Below, in pieces: positions 29,573 to 39,257 of a stretch of 64,000 nt of DNA. A model generated the notes under the pieces. That model saw only the letters and a program-made list of their open reading frames with translations, did no database searches and was not told the origin of the DNA. The first letter of the stretch is position 1. Every line of letters starts with the position of its first letter. The translations under genes and the position numbers were made by a program. Source of the stretch: a virus; the IMG/VR virus record IMGVR_UViG_3300025652_000032, positions 1 to 64,000 of that record, one strand, 5' to 3'.

Positions 29573-29882
29573 CTTTGTCCTTGATATACGCAGAAAGTAG
29601 AACCATATAGTTAATCACATCGAGGCATGTATCTTGGAAAGACTCGTCCTTAACGTGCATCTTACCAGATTGTACGAAGGAACTCAAGCGACTCATCTTG
29701 TCTGTTAGTCGAACCATAAATCCCTGTTCAGTATTGCAGATGCCCATCGCCTCACAACGAGTGAAGTTTGCAAATGGTTCTTCACCACCGCTACCGGCAT
29801 AGTCACGATTCTTGAGGTTCATCAGTTCTCTTGCCTGTGTAGATAGTTCGGCATGATGTTTCAGTAATTCATCTCTAGTCAT
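29562..29882 (-). CDS. DUF1599-like / nucleotide-modification-associated small protein
   Basis: KNRDYA...PFANF...RL.DK.SRL...DT.LD..NY helical pattern. Confidence 0.65.
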   Translation of the reverse strand: MTRDELLKHHAELSTQARELMNLKNRDYAGSGGEEPFANFTRCEAMGICNTEQGFMVRLTDKMSRLSSFVQSGKMHVKDESFQDTCLDVINYMVLLSAYIKDKDAE

Positions 29883-30393
29883 TCTTCACTCCAGTGCTGC
29901 CGAATCCACCGATACGTTCGAGGTTTTCATCCTGAACTGTATCCACTTCCTCGAAGGAAAAGTTTATACGTTCACAGACCTCGCCCTGACAGATTCTGTC
30001 TCCATGATTAATTTTGAAAGGTTGTTGTGTTGTATTATGAAGCAATACGAAAACTTCCTTCCGGTAGTCTGCATCTATTATACCCTGTGAATTTGCTAAT
30101 GCAACCCCATTCTTCAAAGAAATTCCAGAACGTGCATGAAGACGAACAGAATAATTATAAGGCATAGAGAAAGCGAATCCAGTAGGCACCAGTATTCTCT
30201 CTCCTGCTTCCAACGTAATGCCGTCTTCCGAACACGGGACATCAAAGGCAGAATTAAACCTATCGTAAATAGTCACCATCTGTTTGTCCGGGACATAGGC
30301 ATGGATATCAAAACATGCCGATCCAGAGGTGGCGTGACTAGGCATAATAACATCATCATGTAGTTTTTCGATTTTCACAATTGTCGCGTTCAC
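29875..30393 (-). CDS. dut: dUTPase
   Basis: SACFD, RSG, GIIDADYR, GDRICQ, R.GGFGSTG. Confidence 0.95.
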   Translation of the reverse strand: MNATIVKIEKLHDDVIMPSHATSGSACFDIHAYVPDKQMVTIYDRFNSAFDVPCSEDGITLEAGERILVPTGFAFSMPYNYSVRLHARSGISLKNGVALANSQGIIDADYRKEVFVLLHNTTQQPFKINHGDRICQGEVCERINFSFEEVDTVQDENLERIGGFGSTGVKND

Positions 30394-31649
30394 TTCTTAC
30401 CCTTTCTCTTTTTGTATGAATTCTTCTTGCGGACTTCTTTGTCCTTCTTTTGCTTTTGTACCTCTACTTCTGCTTGTCGCTGTTCTTCTCTCTGCTTGTG
30501 TAGTTCCTGAACCTTCAGTGAATACTGACGGTGGTTCTCAAGCATACGGGTGTGTTCCGACTCGGGATAGTGCCTTTCACTGACGAGTTTCTCCATCACA
30601 TGGAACCCAACCTCGAAGTCATGACAGTAGAATGCAGTCGCACCCAGTTCATCAAGTGCCTGCCACTTGTATACTTCATCCGCGAGGAATAAAATGTCAC
30701 CATGTGGATAAGGTAGAGATGCTGCTTGCTTTGCATAAAGATATGCTGCCCTTGGCATGTTGTTCATGCGATACATCCGAGAAATCTGATGTAGAGGTTC
30801 TGCACGGATCGGTCGATAGTCATACGCCGCCATATACTTGTGTGCTTGGACATCGATCGGTTCATTGAGTAGAGAAGAACAAATTGCTACACGGAATAAC
30901 GCATAGAATGCTTCCTCTTCCCAACCGCCGAGTTCAGCACGTTTTTGATATGCTTCTGAGGCCTTCGTCCACTGTTGTGAATCGAAATAACTCTGCCCGA
31001 GATAGAACCAATATCTATGATTATCTGGTTCGTCCTTGAGTGCTTCTTCCAGAACCTCTGCATCTCTACTGTACTTTTGGATCGGTTCAATATCGACGTT
31101 TCGGTTTCCTTCTGTTCTTGCCTCAATGTGGTAGTCACCATCGATACGCATTGAAGTGATTTGCTCTCCCTCTGGAGCATTACAGTGGGCATACTCATGC
31201 AAGATACCCGAATACTTCCAACCCATATGAAGTTTGAAGACTTGGTTTCTCCACCATGTAAAATCACCGCGATGGATTTTCAGTGAGTATGAATGAGAGT
31301 CCATGACTTCTGGCCAATGGAAATTACCAGCGATAGAATCATCTGCATCAATAACCCATGCATACTCAGCATCACTCTTCTCGGCATTGTGGAGTGACTC
31401 GGTGCGTGATCCCATCTTACCGGCGTGATCACCAAATCCCTTCCAGTCAGACTGATGAACTTCACCGGGGATTCCCTTTTCATCAAAGAACTTCTTGATG
31501 ATGTCCTGTGTGCCATCAGTCGATCCGGTGTCAGTGATATCATACCTATCGATGTGAGGATAGCAAGACTCCAAACACCTTTCAATGCAGTGGTGTTCGT
31601 CCTTTACAATCATACAAAGGGTAATTTTTGGGCGTGAGTTATCCATCAA
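30390..31649 (-). CDS. GT2 glycosyltransferase with C-terminal TPR repeats
   Basis: LCMIVKDE...DTGSTDGT...IDAD; TPR RYWFYLGQSY. Confidence 0.9.
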   Translation of the reverse strand: MMDNSRPKITLCMIVKDEHHCIERCLESCYPHIDRYDITDTGSTDGTQDIIKKFFDEKGIPGEVHQSDWKGFGDHAGKMGSRTESLHNAEKSDAEYAWVIDADDSIAGNFHWPEVMDSHSYSLKIHRGDFTWWRNQVFKLHMGWKYSGILHEYAHCNAPEGEQITSMRIDGDYHIEARTEGNRNVDIEPIQKYSRDAEVLEEALKDEPDNHRYWFYLGQSYFDSQQWTKASEAYQKRAELGGWEEEAFYALFRVAICSSLLNEPIDVQAHKYMAAYDYRPIRAEPLHQISRMYRMNNMPRAAYLYAKQAASLPYPHGDILFLADEVYKWQALDELGATAFYCHDFEVGFHVMEKLVSERHYPESEHTRMLENHRQYSLKVQELHKQREEQRQAEVEVQKQKKDKEVRKKNSYKKRKGKK

Positions 31650-32527
31650 TTCATCTCCAGTTCATTTTTTATCCAATCCCCAAGAGAAGTTTCAGGGGAC
31701 CAGTTCAATTCAGTTTTAATTTTATGAATGTTCGCAAGAGTGGAAGTGACTTCACCTTTTCTCTGCTCTATATGTATTTGATTTTCTGAAATCATATCAG
31801 CAATTTCTTTCACTGAATGATTTACACCAGAACCAACATTGTAGATTCCGCCTTTGATATCAGAATCTGCCATCATTATATTGGCACGAACCACATCAGA
31901 GACATTAACGAAATCCCGTTTCTGGTTTCCCGTTCCAACAATCTCTAGAGGAAGATCGTTCTTATACCTCTCGATGAAAATTGCAATCACTGGAGGATAT
32001 GCTCCATCGACACGATGTCCGTTTCCATACACGTTGAAGTAACGAAAGGTGTTTACATTGAGATCGTTGCTGTAATACTCACACAATTGTTCAGCACAAT
32101 ATTTTGACAGTGCATAGGGATTCAGTGTTGGTTTTAGATGAGAAGACTCACATTGAATTAGGTGATCACACTCATACACGGCAGAGGTAGAGGAAAAAAC
32201 AACGCGATCCACTCCGCATTCTTTTGCCGTTTGTAAAACTCTATTTGTCCCTAGAATATTTTGTCTGGTTGTATGAACCGGATCTTTCAGTGAAACCTGA
32301 ATGCTTGCTTCTGCTGCCATGTGAAAGATCGTGTCTACATTGTAGCGATCAATAACTTCGGTGAGTAGAGGAACATTGTTGATAGAACCAACATAATTTT
32401 TAGCATCTGGGTGCCAAGTTCCGTGAGCGTTCTTGTCCAAACAAACAACTTCTCTTCCCTCAGAAAGAAGAGTCTGGACTAAGTTGCTACCAATAAATCC
32501 GGCACCACCTGTAACTAAGTAACTCAT
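31646..32527 (-). CDS. NAD-dependent epimerase/dehydratase (SDR)
   Basis: TGGAGFIG, SSTS, YALSK, RYFNVYG, RDF. Confidence 0.92.
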   Translation of the reverse strand: MSYLVTGGAGFIGSNLVQTLLSEGREVVCLDKNAHGTWHPDAKNYVGSINNVPLLTEVIDRYNVDTIFHMAAEASIQVSLKDPVHTTRQNILGTNRVLQTAKECGVDRVVFSSTSAVYECDHLIQCESSHLKPTLNPYALSKYCAEQLCEYYSNDLNVNTFRYFNVYGNGHRVDGAYPPVIAIFIERYKNDLPLEIVGTGNQKRDFVNVSDVVRANIMMADSDIKGGIYNVGSGVNHSVKEIADMISENQIHIEQRKGEVTSTLANIHKIKTELNWSPETSLGDWIKNELEMN

Positions 32528-33207
32528 TTCGGGCCCTCACAAACGTATGTCACCTTGTAATCAGAAGAAGTTGCAATCTGATCACTGAAACTCTTGTATA
32601 CTTTATAATAGAATCCCACCGAGGAGAGAACTGTTTCCAGTTCTTCATTTGTCCATATCTTATGAGTCACTGTATACGGCGTCTCTCGGAAAATTCCATT
32701 CAACTTCATCGTGTTGTTGGTGTAGTCAGTTTCCGGGATTAAGGTTAACTCGGGAGTATATACCTCTCGGGGTTCATCCTCAACAAAAGCGTCATGATTA
32801 AAACAATCAAATACAAAAATACCGGAAGACTCTAGTTTGAGTGATACTGACTCCACAAAGGATTTGAGTTCTTTCATGTCACGAATGTGATTAATCACAT
32901 TGAATAAACTTACCACAAGAGGAACTCTGACACTAATATCAGACACAGTGCCAATGATCAAATGTGGATTGTATTTCTGTAATTTGTCTCTTGCTATTTC
33001 AATCATAGACGAGGAGGGATCTACTCCATGAACTTCATATCCTCTCTTACAAAATTCTTGCAAGTGACTACCAGTTCCACATCCAATATCCAGAACCTTG
33101 GTTTGAACGGGATCAAGATCGATAACATAATCTACCTCACCAGAGTAATCTTTCTGTGAGTGTAAACTATCGTAAATGGAAACTGATATGTTGTTGTACT
33201 CAGACAT
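32524..33207 (-). CDS. Class I SAM-dependent methyltransferase
   Basis: VLDIGCGTG, GVDPS..M, GIFVFD. Confidence 0.9.
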   Translation of the reverse strand: MSEYNNISVSIYDSLHSQKDYSGEVDYVIDLDPVQTKVLDIGCGTGSHLQEFCKRGYEVHGVDPSSSMIEIARDKLQKYNPHLIIGTVSDISVRVPLVVSLFNVINHIRDMKELKSFVESVSLKLESSGIFVFDCFNHDAFVEDEPREVYTPELTLIPETDYTNNTMKLNGIFRETPYTVTHKIWTNEELETVLSSVGFYYKVYKSFSDQIATSSDYKVTYVCEGPK

Positions 33208-34126
33208 TAGAATATTGATTATCAAACTTAATTACAGAGATTCCTTGTGCCAGTTCGGAGATACCAGAATCCAGATCGATTGTAGTGTCAAACCCAAGAG
33301 AAGCGATCTTATCGTAAGACACAACATAGTCTCTCTTGTCGGCATCCTCGCCAATATCTGCAAGATGTAGGAAGTATGGAACCACCTCGTTAATCTTTTC
33401 GCATACCTCTTTCTTGCTAAAGTTCATCTTATCACTACCGACATTATACACATTACCAATCATCTTGTCAAGATTTTCAAGGGCAAACATGAAAGATCTT
33501 GCGATATCATAAACATGAATAAATGTCCGCATGAAGTGTGATTCATACACAACAATGTATCTGTCTTTCACTGCCTTCTTTGTAAAATCATTCACAAGAA
33601 GATCTAGTCTAAGTCTCGGTGAAAGACCAAAGGCAGTAGCAAACCTATAAGCAACAGCGTTTGAGTTGTTCATAATATACTGCTCTGCTTCTGTTTTTGT
33701 TGTGCCATAAATACTTAACGGATTGAGTGGACTTTCCTCGGTACAGATGCCGTCCACTCTACCATAATTACTTCCAGTAGATCCAAACAGTATGATCTGA
33801 TCGTCGTTCAGCATGTCAACCAAAGACTTAGTTGCCTCTAAATTCACAGCGGTAGTGATCGCATGATCTTTTTCGCAGGCGGGATACCCGACGATCGCAG
33901 CGAGGTGAATTACAACATCCTTACCCTCGACAACAGATCTCAACTTCTCAGTATCTCTAATGTCTCCCTCGACGAGACTGAAGTTTTTGTTCTTAAAGTG
34001 TGGGAACATACTATTCCCACCGAAAAGTAATGCGTCGTAAACACATACTTCATGTCCTGCGGCCAGTAATTCTGGAACTAAAGTGCTTCCAAGATAACCC
34101 GCACCACCCGTCACTAAAATTTTCAT
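33200..34126 (-). CDS. NAD-dependent epimerase/dehydratase (SDR)
   Basis: TGGAGYLG, HLAAIVG, YGTTK, RFATAFG. Confidence 0.92.
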   Translation of the reverse strand: MKILVTGGAGYLGSTLVPELLAAGHEVCVYDALLFGGNSMFPHFKNKNFSLVEGDIRDTEKLRSVVEGKDVVIHLAAIVGYPACEKDHAITTAVNLEATKSLVDMLNDDQIILFGSTGSNYGRVDGICTEESPLNPLSIYGTTKTEAEQYIMNNSNAVAYRFATAFGLSPRLRLDLLVNDFTKKAVKDRYIVVYESHFMRTFIHVYDIARSFMFALENLDKMIGNVYNVGSDKMNFSKKEVCEKINEVVPYFLHLADIGEDADKRDYVVSYDKIASLGFDTTIDLDSGISELAQGISVIKFDNQYSNV

Positions 34127-34332
34127 ATTGTTTGCCTTCCCATTTTTATTTTGTTCCAGATTCTTTCGTAAAAATAGTAAACGAAAAATCCGGTAAGATT
34201 CATTAACAATGCGTTCATTAGTGCCTCACTAGAAACACCAGATAATAAAACCAAGTAACTATTCAGTATCGCAACAATCCTCCAAAGGATAGTTTTTGTT
34301 ATACTTCGAGTTTTGGTTTCCTTGAATGACAT
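34123..34332 (-). CDS. Small membrane protein (DUF2061-like)
   Basis: ETKTRSI.KT..WR...YY.YERIW.KI..G; TGATG overlap. Confidence 0.7.
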   Translation of the reverse strand: MSFKETKTRSITKTILWRIVAILNSYLVLLSGVSSEALMNALLMNLTGFFVYYFYERIWNKIKMGRQTI

Positions 34333-34835
34333 CAGCGTCCTATGACCGACCAATCAATAACATATGGATCAATTCTTAAATCGTCATTCATTGCTTCCTC
34401 GAACCGAAGATTGCTGAGTGATGTAAGAACAGTTCTATCTTCAAGACTAATCCAACCATTAGCATACAACGGAGGGACATACAAGACTGCATGATGTCGA
34501 TCACTCATGATAAAAGTCTGAACACTATCTGGATTGTCTTTGGCATACTGGGCAATCTCTTCTCTATCATTTCGATCAGCAACTTCCTCTGGAAGTTTGA
34601 GTGTCTGGAATTTTGCGGCACCACATGCGATAGTAAAAATCTTGGCCTCTAATTTGTGATAGTGCAGTCCCCGGATAACGCCTTTGCCGTAGTCTCCAAC
34701 AACATAACACCTACGAAAAAGTTCGTGATCAATGTCGTCAGTGATCGGTACTAGATAACCCCGATCATCTGATATCGATGGCACCTTTAGTAAAGTTGGT
34801 TCTGTAACACCAGAGTGAATTTTGTACATTATCAA
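34332..34835 (-). CDS. RmlC-like cupin sugar epimerase/isomerase
   Basis: DDRG, IRGLHYH, VPP.YANG. Confidence 0.85.
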   Translation of the reverse strand: MIMYKIHSGVTEPTLLKVPSISDDRGYLVPITDDIDHELFRRCYVVGDYGKGVIRGLHYHKLEAKIFTIACGAAKFQTLKLPEEVADRNDREEIAQYAKDNPDSVQTFIMSDRHHAVLYVPPLYANGWISLEDRTVLTSLSNLRFEEAMNDDLRIDPYVIDWSVIGR

Positions 34836-35947
34836 TGTCTCCCATAATATTTTTTGATTGTATCACATACATGCTGAACTTGATCTGGTTCCAGTGCCGC
34901 ATATGATGGTAAACAAACTCCTTTGTTATATGCAGTCACTGTATTATCGAAGGAGTATTTTCTATACCTTCTATGCTTTATGTATCTCTTGAAACATGGT
35001 TGCATGTGTAGTGGGTAGAAAAATGTTCTAGGTTCGATTTCCTGTTCACTCATAAAAGACATGAGTTTTTCTGAGGACTCTTCTTTGACTTGTAACACTA
35101 CTCGGAATGGGATGAACGATGTTATGTTTTCGTTTGGTTGTACTACTTCGACTTCATCAACATCACACAGCATCTCGGTATACATCGCATGAACTTTACG
35201 TTTTAAATCAACAATGCGATCAAACTTATTTAACTGTGAAAGACCTAGTGAGGTTTGAAGATCTGTCATTCTAAAATTATATCCAATCTCCGGGTGAATG
35301 AAAGATCCCCTGTCGAGTCTTCCCTGATTTCTCAGGTACTTAAGACTCTCCGCAAACTTTTCATTGTTCGTTGTAACATAACCACCTTCTGCTGTTGTGA
35401 TTGTCTTGTCTGCGAAAAACGAAAAACAAGATATATCACCAAAACTACCACACGGTTGTCCCTTCCACTCGATGCCAAGTGCCTGTGCTGAATCTTCAAT
35501 GAAGATCAACTTATACTTTTCGGCAAAACTTCGAACCTTATCCATGTCACAACAAAACCCATACAAGTGTGCTGGCATAATCGCCTTGGTTCGTCGGGTG
35601 ATTAGTTTGACACATGAGTCTGGATCTAATTGAAAGGTATCTTTGTCTATGTCCGCAAAAACAGGAGTTGCTCCAGTCATCTCAACGGCGTTTGCTGTAG
35701 CGATGAAAGTAAAATCTGGAACAATGACCTCATCACCCTTACCAATACCTGCTGCACGAAGTGCCAAGTAAAGTGCAAGCGTACCATTAGGTGCGAAGGA
35801 ACCATATGAAGTGTTCGTCATTGATCGGAGTCGTTCATCAAACTCCTTAGACTTTGGACCTTCTGTTATCCAATTCATTTCAAAAGATTGTCTTAGTGCC
35901 TCGTAATCTTCCATGTCCACATAAGGCATAAACTGGGGTACTTTCAT
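34832..35947 (-). CDS. DegT/DnrJ/EryC1/StrS PLP sugar aminotransferase (perosamine-synthase-like)
   Basis: NGTLAL, GDEVIVP.FTF.AT, EDSAQ, SFFADK.ITT.EGG, GYNFR. Confidence 0.95.
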   Translation of the reverse strand: MKVPQFMPYVDMEDYEALRQSFEMNWITEGPKSKEFDERLRSMTNTSYGSFAPNGTLALYLALRAAGIGKGDEVIVPDFTFIATANAVEMTGATPVFADIDKDTFQLDPDSCVKLITRRTKAIMPAHLYGFCCDMDKVRSFAEKYKLIFIEDSAQALGIEWKGQPCGSFGDISCFSFFADKTITTAEGGYVTTNNEKFAESLKYLRNQGRLDRGSFIHPEIGYNFRMTDLQTSLGLSQLNKFDRIVDLKRKVHAMYTEMLCDVDEVEVVQPNENITSFIPFRVVLQVKEESSEKLMSFMSEQEIEPRTFFYPLHMQPCFKRYIKHRRYRKYSFDNTVTAYNKGVCLPSYAALEPDQVQHVCDTIKKYYGRH

Positions 35948-35948
35948 T

Positions 35949-36731
35949 TTAAACTCGTCTCCTGTAGTACGAAGTAAATCCATTATCAATCGGTTTGTGT
36001 GTGTAGATTTTTTCCAACCCGGCGATCTCTGCTAGTTTGTCCATCGTATCAATGCTGAAAAAGTATAAGTGTTCGTTTGGGATTATATGTTTCCACAGCA
36101 CCTTTTCTTTTCTATGCGTGTCGCATTCGATATCGTGTGTTCCAATAACGATGATCCCATCATCTTTCAGTCTTTTAGTTTTTTCCTGTAAAAACTTTAT
36201 AGGATCGGATATGTGTTCTATCACATTAAAACTACAGATGATATCAAAGTCTTCGTTATCGTAATCATGCAAGAGTGATCGAGAAAGATTAACTTCATAT
36301 TTATCAACACCGTAGTCAATATCAAACTGGTTGAGATCTATACCATATGCATCGAACCCTGCCTTTTTTGCTGCGTTGACTAAGAATCCCTGACTACAAC
36401 CGACATCTAGAAATTTACCCGAGTGTCTATTTACATTTTTCTGTATGAAAGAAATTCTTTCGTCAGAAATAAACTCGAAGTCATCAACTCTATCCTGTAT
36501 GTCCAATTCACCTACGCTAGTTTGATAGTCTTGCCAGTAGTTGTTTTCATAAACATCAATCATGGACTCCCTAAGATTTCTTGGGTGACAATAAATCAAC
36601 GAACAACAATCACACTTAACGATATCCCGTCGTTCACCAATTTGCTTGTGTGTCGGTATATCATCAAACGAATAAACAGGAGAGAAGTTCTCCGATCCAC
36701 ATAGTAAACATGTATTACTCTCTTCTATCAT
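35949..36731 (-). CDS. Class I SAM methyltransferase with N-terminal Zn-ribbon
   Basis: CLLC...CDCC; FLDVGCSQG; NVIEHI.DP. Confidence 0.9.
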   Translation of the reverse strand: MIEESNTCLLCGSENFSPVYSFDDIPTHKQIGERRDIVKCDCCSLIYCHPRNLRESMIDVYENNYWQDYQTSVGELDIQDRVDDFEFISDERISFIQKNVNRHSGKFLDVGCSQGFLVNAAKKAGFDAYGIDLNQFDIDYGVDKYEVNLSRSLLHDYDNEDFDIICSFNVIEHISDPIKFLQEKTKRLKDDGIIVIGTHDIECDTHRKEKVLWKHIIPNEHLYFFSIDTMDKLAEIAGLEKIYTHKPIDNGFTSYYRRRV

Positions 36732-37600
36732 AGACTGTCTATTGCTTTTTTTATAGTGGGCCACATATTGTATTCGTTTAAGATTAGTTGCCTTGCTTCG
36801 GAAACCGCATCAAGTCTGTCATCATAGTCACTTGGATCATTCACGATATCCAAAAGTCTGTCTATTTCATTGTAGTCATCAACATCAAATCTGTCAAATG
36901 ATTTCTCTGGAAAATATTCAGAATTACCTCCGCCCCAGAAAAAAGGAACAGACCAACACAACATGGCATCAGTGAATTGAGTACCGAAGAAATTTGTAAT
37001 CGTATTTTGATTATCGTATGTCAAACTGTATTTGTAATCCAACAGACCAGTTCTTTTATCATTGTTTTCTAATGCACCATTTGCAAAAGAAACGCCACCA
37101 TATAAGTCTAACTTGTCTGGGTGTCTTTCAATAAACTCACGGGTAAACTTTTTGCGTTTTACATGACCGTAGTTCATCTCTTTGTCGGATAGAATACAGG
37201 CGAAGTTCTTGGTCTTCGTTGGTGGTTCTTGGTTCATCAGTTCATCATAAGTATACCCAATGCCTCCACTGTGAACGCTAGGGTATCGCCACTTCACCCA
37301 TAAATGACCTGTGTCATTCCAGAAGGAGAAATGTCTACAGTCACTTTCGTGGTATCGATTTATTTCATTCGGAGTTAGGGCCTCCCTCGAAAAGTACAGT
37401 CTTTGTTCGGGTTCAAACTTAGACCATAGAGACATATCACACAAGTCTTGCACGATGAGATAATCGGCACTATTTGAATCAAATGTGTATTCAATGTCTT
37501 CCCACACACCCGACGACTCTGGTGTCTGGTGTCTGTAATCTTCTACCATCTTCTCACTGGAAAGTCCCCAGTTCGGGGCAAAATAAATTTTCTTAGTCAC
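36728..37600 (-). CDS. GT10 (fucosyltransferase)-like glycosyltransferase, divergent
   Basis: LDLYG...K..GL.DYKYSL.YDN....F.GTQF.DAML....PF.WG. Confidence 0.7.
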   Translation of the reverse strand: MTKKIYFAPNWGLSSEKMVEDYRHQTPESSGVWEDIEYTFDSNSADYLIVQDLCDMSLWSKFEPEQRLYFSREALTPNEINRYHESDCRHFSFWNDTGHLWVKWRYPSVHSGGIGYTYDELMNQEPPTKTKNFACILSDKEMNYGHVKRKKFTREFIERHPDKLDLYGGVSFANGALENNDKRTGLLDYKYSLTYDNQNTITNFFGTQFTDAMLCWSVPFFWGGGNSEYFPEKSFDRFDVDDYNEIDRLLDIVNDPSDYDDRLDAVSEARQLILNEYNMWPTIKKAIDSL

Positions 37601-38463
37601 ACCATCTCCTCAATCTCAGGAACACTATACAATTCTACTTCGTTTGAATATGGTCCATCCTCTAGAATCTTTTCGTGTAGGTTCTCGCCCTTCTGAAGTC
37701 CTATCGTTTTGATCTTCAATTCCCCATCTGAAGGAAGATATTTGTTTGCCATTGCCTGTAAGAGATCTTCAATTTTCATCGCTTTCATATCCGGACAATA
37801 CGGAGTTGTGTCTGTTGAATTTTCGAGACAAGAGAAAATTAAATCAATGGCCTGTTCGCGGGTCCAGAAAAACCTAGTAGCAGACGGATCGGTTACAATA
37901 ACCTCTTTGTTTTGTGAAAGAAGATCTCTCCATTTACAAAGAACAGAACCAGTGGAGTACAGAACATTCCCATAACGGACAATTCTATAATTTGTGTTTG
38001 GGTTTATTCTGGCATATTCATGGAACAGTCCCTCCATGAGAAGTTTCGTTGCACCGTACATGCCCACGACTTGTGCTGCTTTGTCTGTGCTGATTCCCAG
38101 TACAAAGTCTAAGGATTTTCCTAGAGTTAAATCAAGTAGGTTCATGCTCCCTACCGTATTACTGGCAATACATTCTCGCGTATGGGTTTCCGCCATACCA
38201 ACATGCTTGAATGCTGCTAAATGAAACACACCAGAAACATCTGCAATCGTCTTGTGTAAACAATGGGGATGTGAAATATCACCGGGAACAATTTCTAACC
38301 ACGGGAACTTTTGCTTGGTTTGTACTAAGTTTCCCTCGTTTCGAGATACAGTTACCACATTAGTACAACCGAAATCTTCTAGTCTAGCAAGAAGTGCCTC
38401 ACCAAGAAATCCAGAAGCACCAGTTACCAAATACTTTTTATCAGGACTAATAACACTCATCAT
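37597..38463 (-). CDS. UDP-GlcNAc 4,6-dehydratase (PseB/CapD family)
   Basis: TGASGFLG, HLAAFKHV, ISTDKA, YGATK, RYGNV..S.GSV, TRF. Confidence 0.9.
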   Translation of the reverse strand: MMSVISPDKKYLVTGASGFLGEALLARLEDFGCTNVVTVSRNEGNLVQTKQKFPWLEIVPGDISHPHCLHKTIADVSGVFHLAAFKHVGMAETHTRECIASNTVGSMNLLDLTLGKSLDFVLGISTDKAAQVVGMYGATKLLMEGLFHEYARINPNTNYRIVRYGNVLYSTGSVLCKWRDLLSQNKEVIVTDPSATRFFWTREQAIDLIFSCLENSTDTTPYCPDMKAMKIEDLLQAMANKYLPSDGELKIKTIGLQKGENLHEKILEDGPYSNEVELYSVPEIEEMV

Positions 38464-39257
38464 CAATCTCCATAAATCAAAGTCAACCAATCACGATCAG
38501 TCCACTCTTGTTTAAAATTACCAATTTCTTCAGGTCTATCACCATAAAGTTCTTTTACTTTATTTATATCTTCTTCTCGCATACCAAGAACATTCAATTT
38601 TCCGCGATATGCATTATCACTAATCAATTCAATCTTCTTAACACACCATCGATCGGCCGATCCTAGAATTTTATATCCATCACCCTCTGCTGATCGGCCT
38701 CCTATTATTTCCCAGTCATGTATTGACCAATCCCGTTGTAGATTTTTTAGAAAATATTTTCTGTTCCATATGGAGATTTGTCCTGTTATCCTATAGATAA
38801 ATGAAGTTACAGATCTTTGTCGAAGTTCTAAAATTTTAAAATCACCAAAGTCTTTGTAAACACTCACATCTTCTGGATTTCTGGCGTGTTGAATTGAAGG
38901 TTGCAAGTCTATTCTCCCAACCTTCTCATCATCAATTTCTTTCAATAGAGTTTCGTACACTTCTCGATCAAAAGGTCTTGCCATGTAGTAATCATCAATA
39001 CCAAAAATGAAATGCTCGTCATCGATCGACTCGAAAAAATCTATGATATAATTAGACCAACCCTTTGATCGACCCACTTGTTCTTCTGCCATAGAGATAA
39101 ATTCAAAATTGGAGGGCAGTTCAAAATCAGGTTCCGAAAATCCCAAAACCTTAACTTCGAAATCCTCGCCCCAATACTTGTTGAAAAAATATGCAAATCC
39201 TTCTATTGCAAATAAATGAGGATCACATGTTGCGATGTATACTTTAAGATTTTTCAT
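38463..39257 (-). CDS. Hypothetical protein, possible GT-A fold
   Basis: IFGIDDY acidic motif, SIWN..Y; inside the glycosylation operon. Confidence 0.5.
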   Translation of the reverse strand: MKNLKVYIATCDPHLFAIEGFAYFFNKYWGEDFEVKVLGFSEPDFELPSNFEFISMAEEQVGRSKGWSNYIIDFFESIDDEHFIFGIDDYYMARPFDREVYETLLKEIDDEKVGRIDLQPSIQHARNPEDVSVYKDFGDFKILELRQRSVTSFIYRITGQISIWNRKYFLKNLQRDWSIHDWEIIGGRSAEGDGYKILGSADRWCVKKIELISDNAYRGKLNVLGMREEDINKVKELYGDRPEEIGNFKQEWTDRDWLTLIYGD

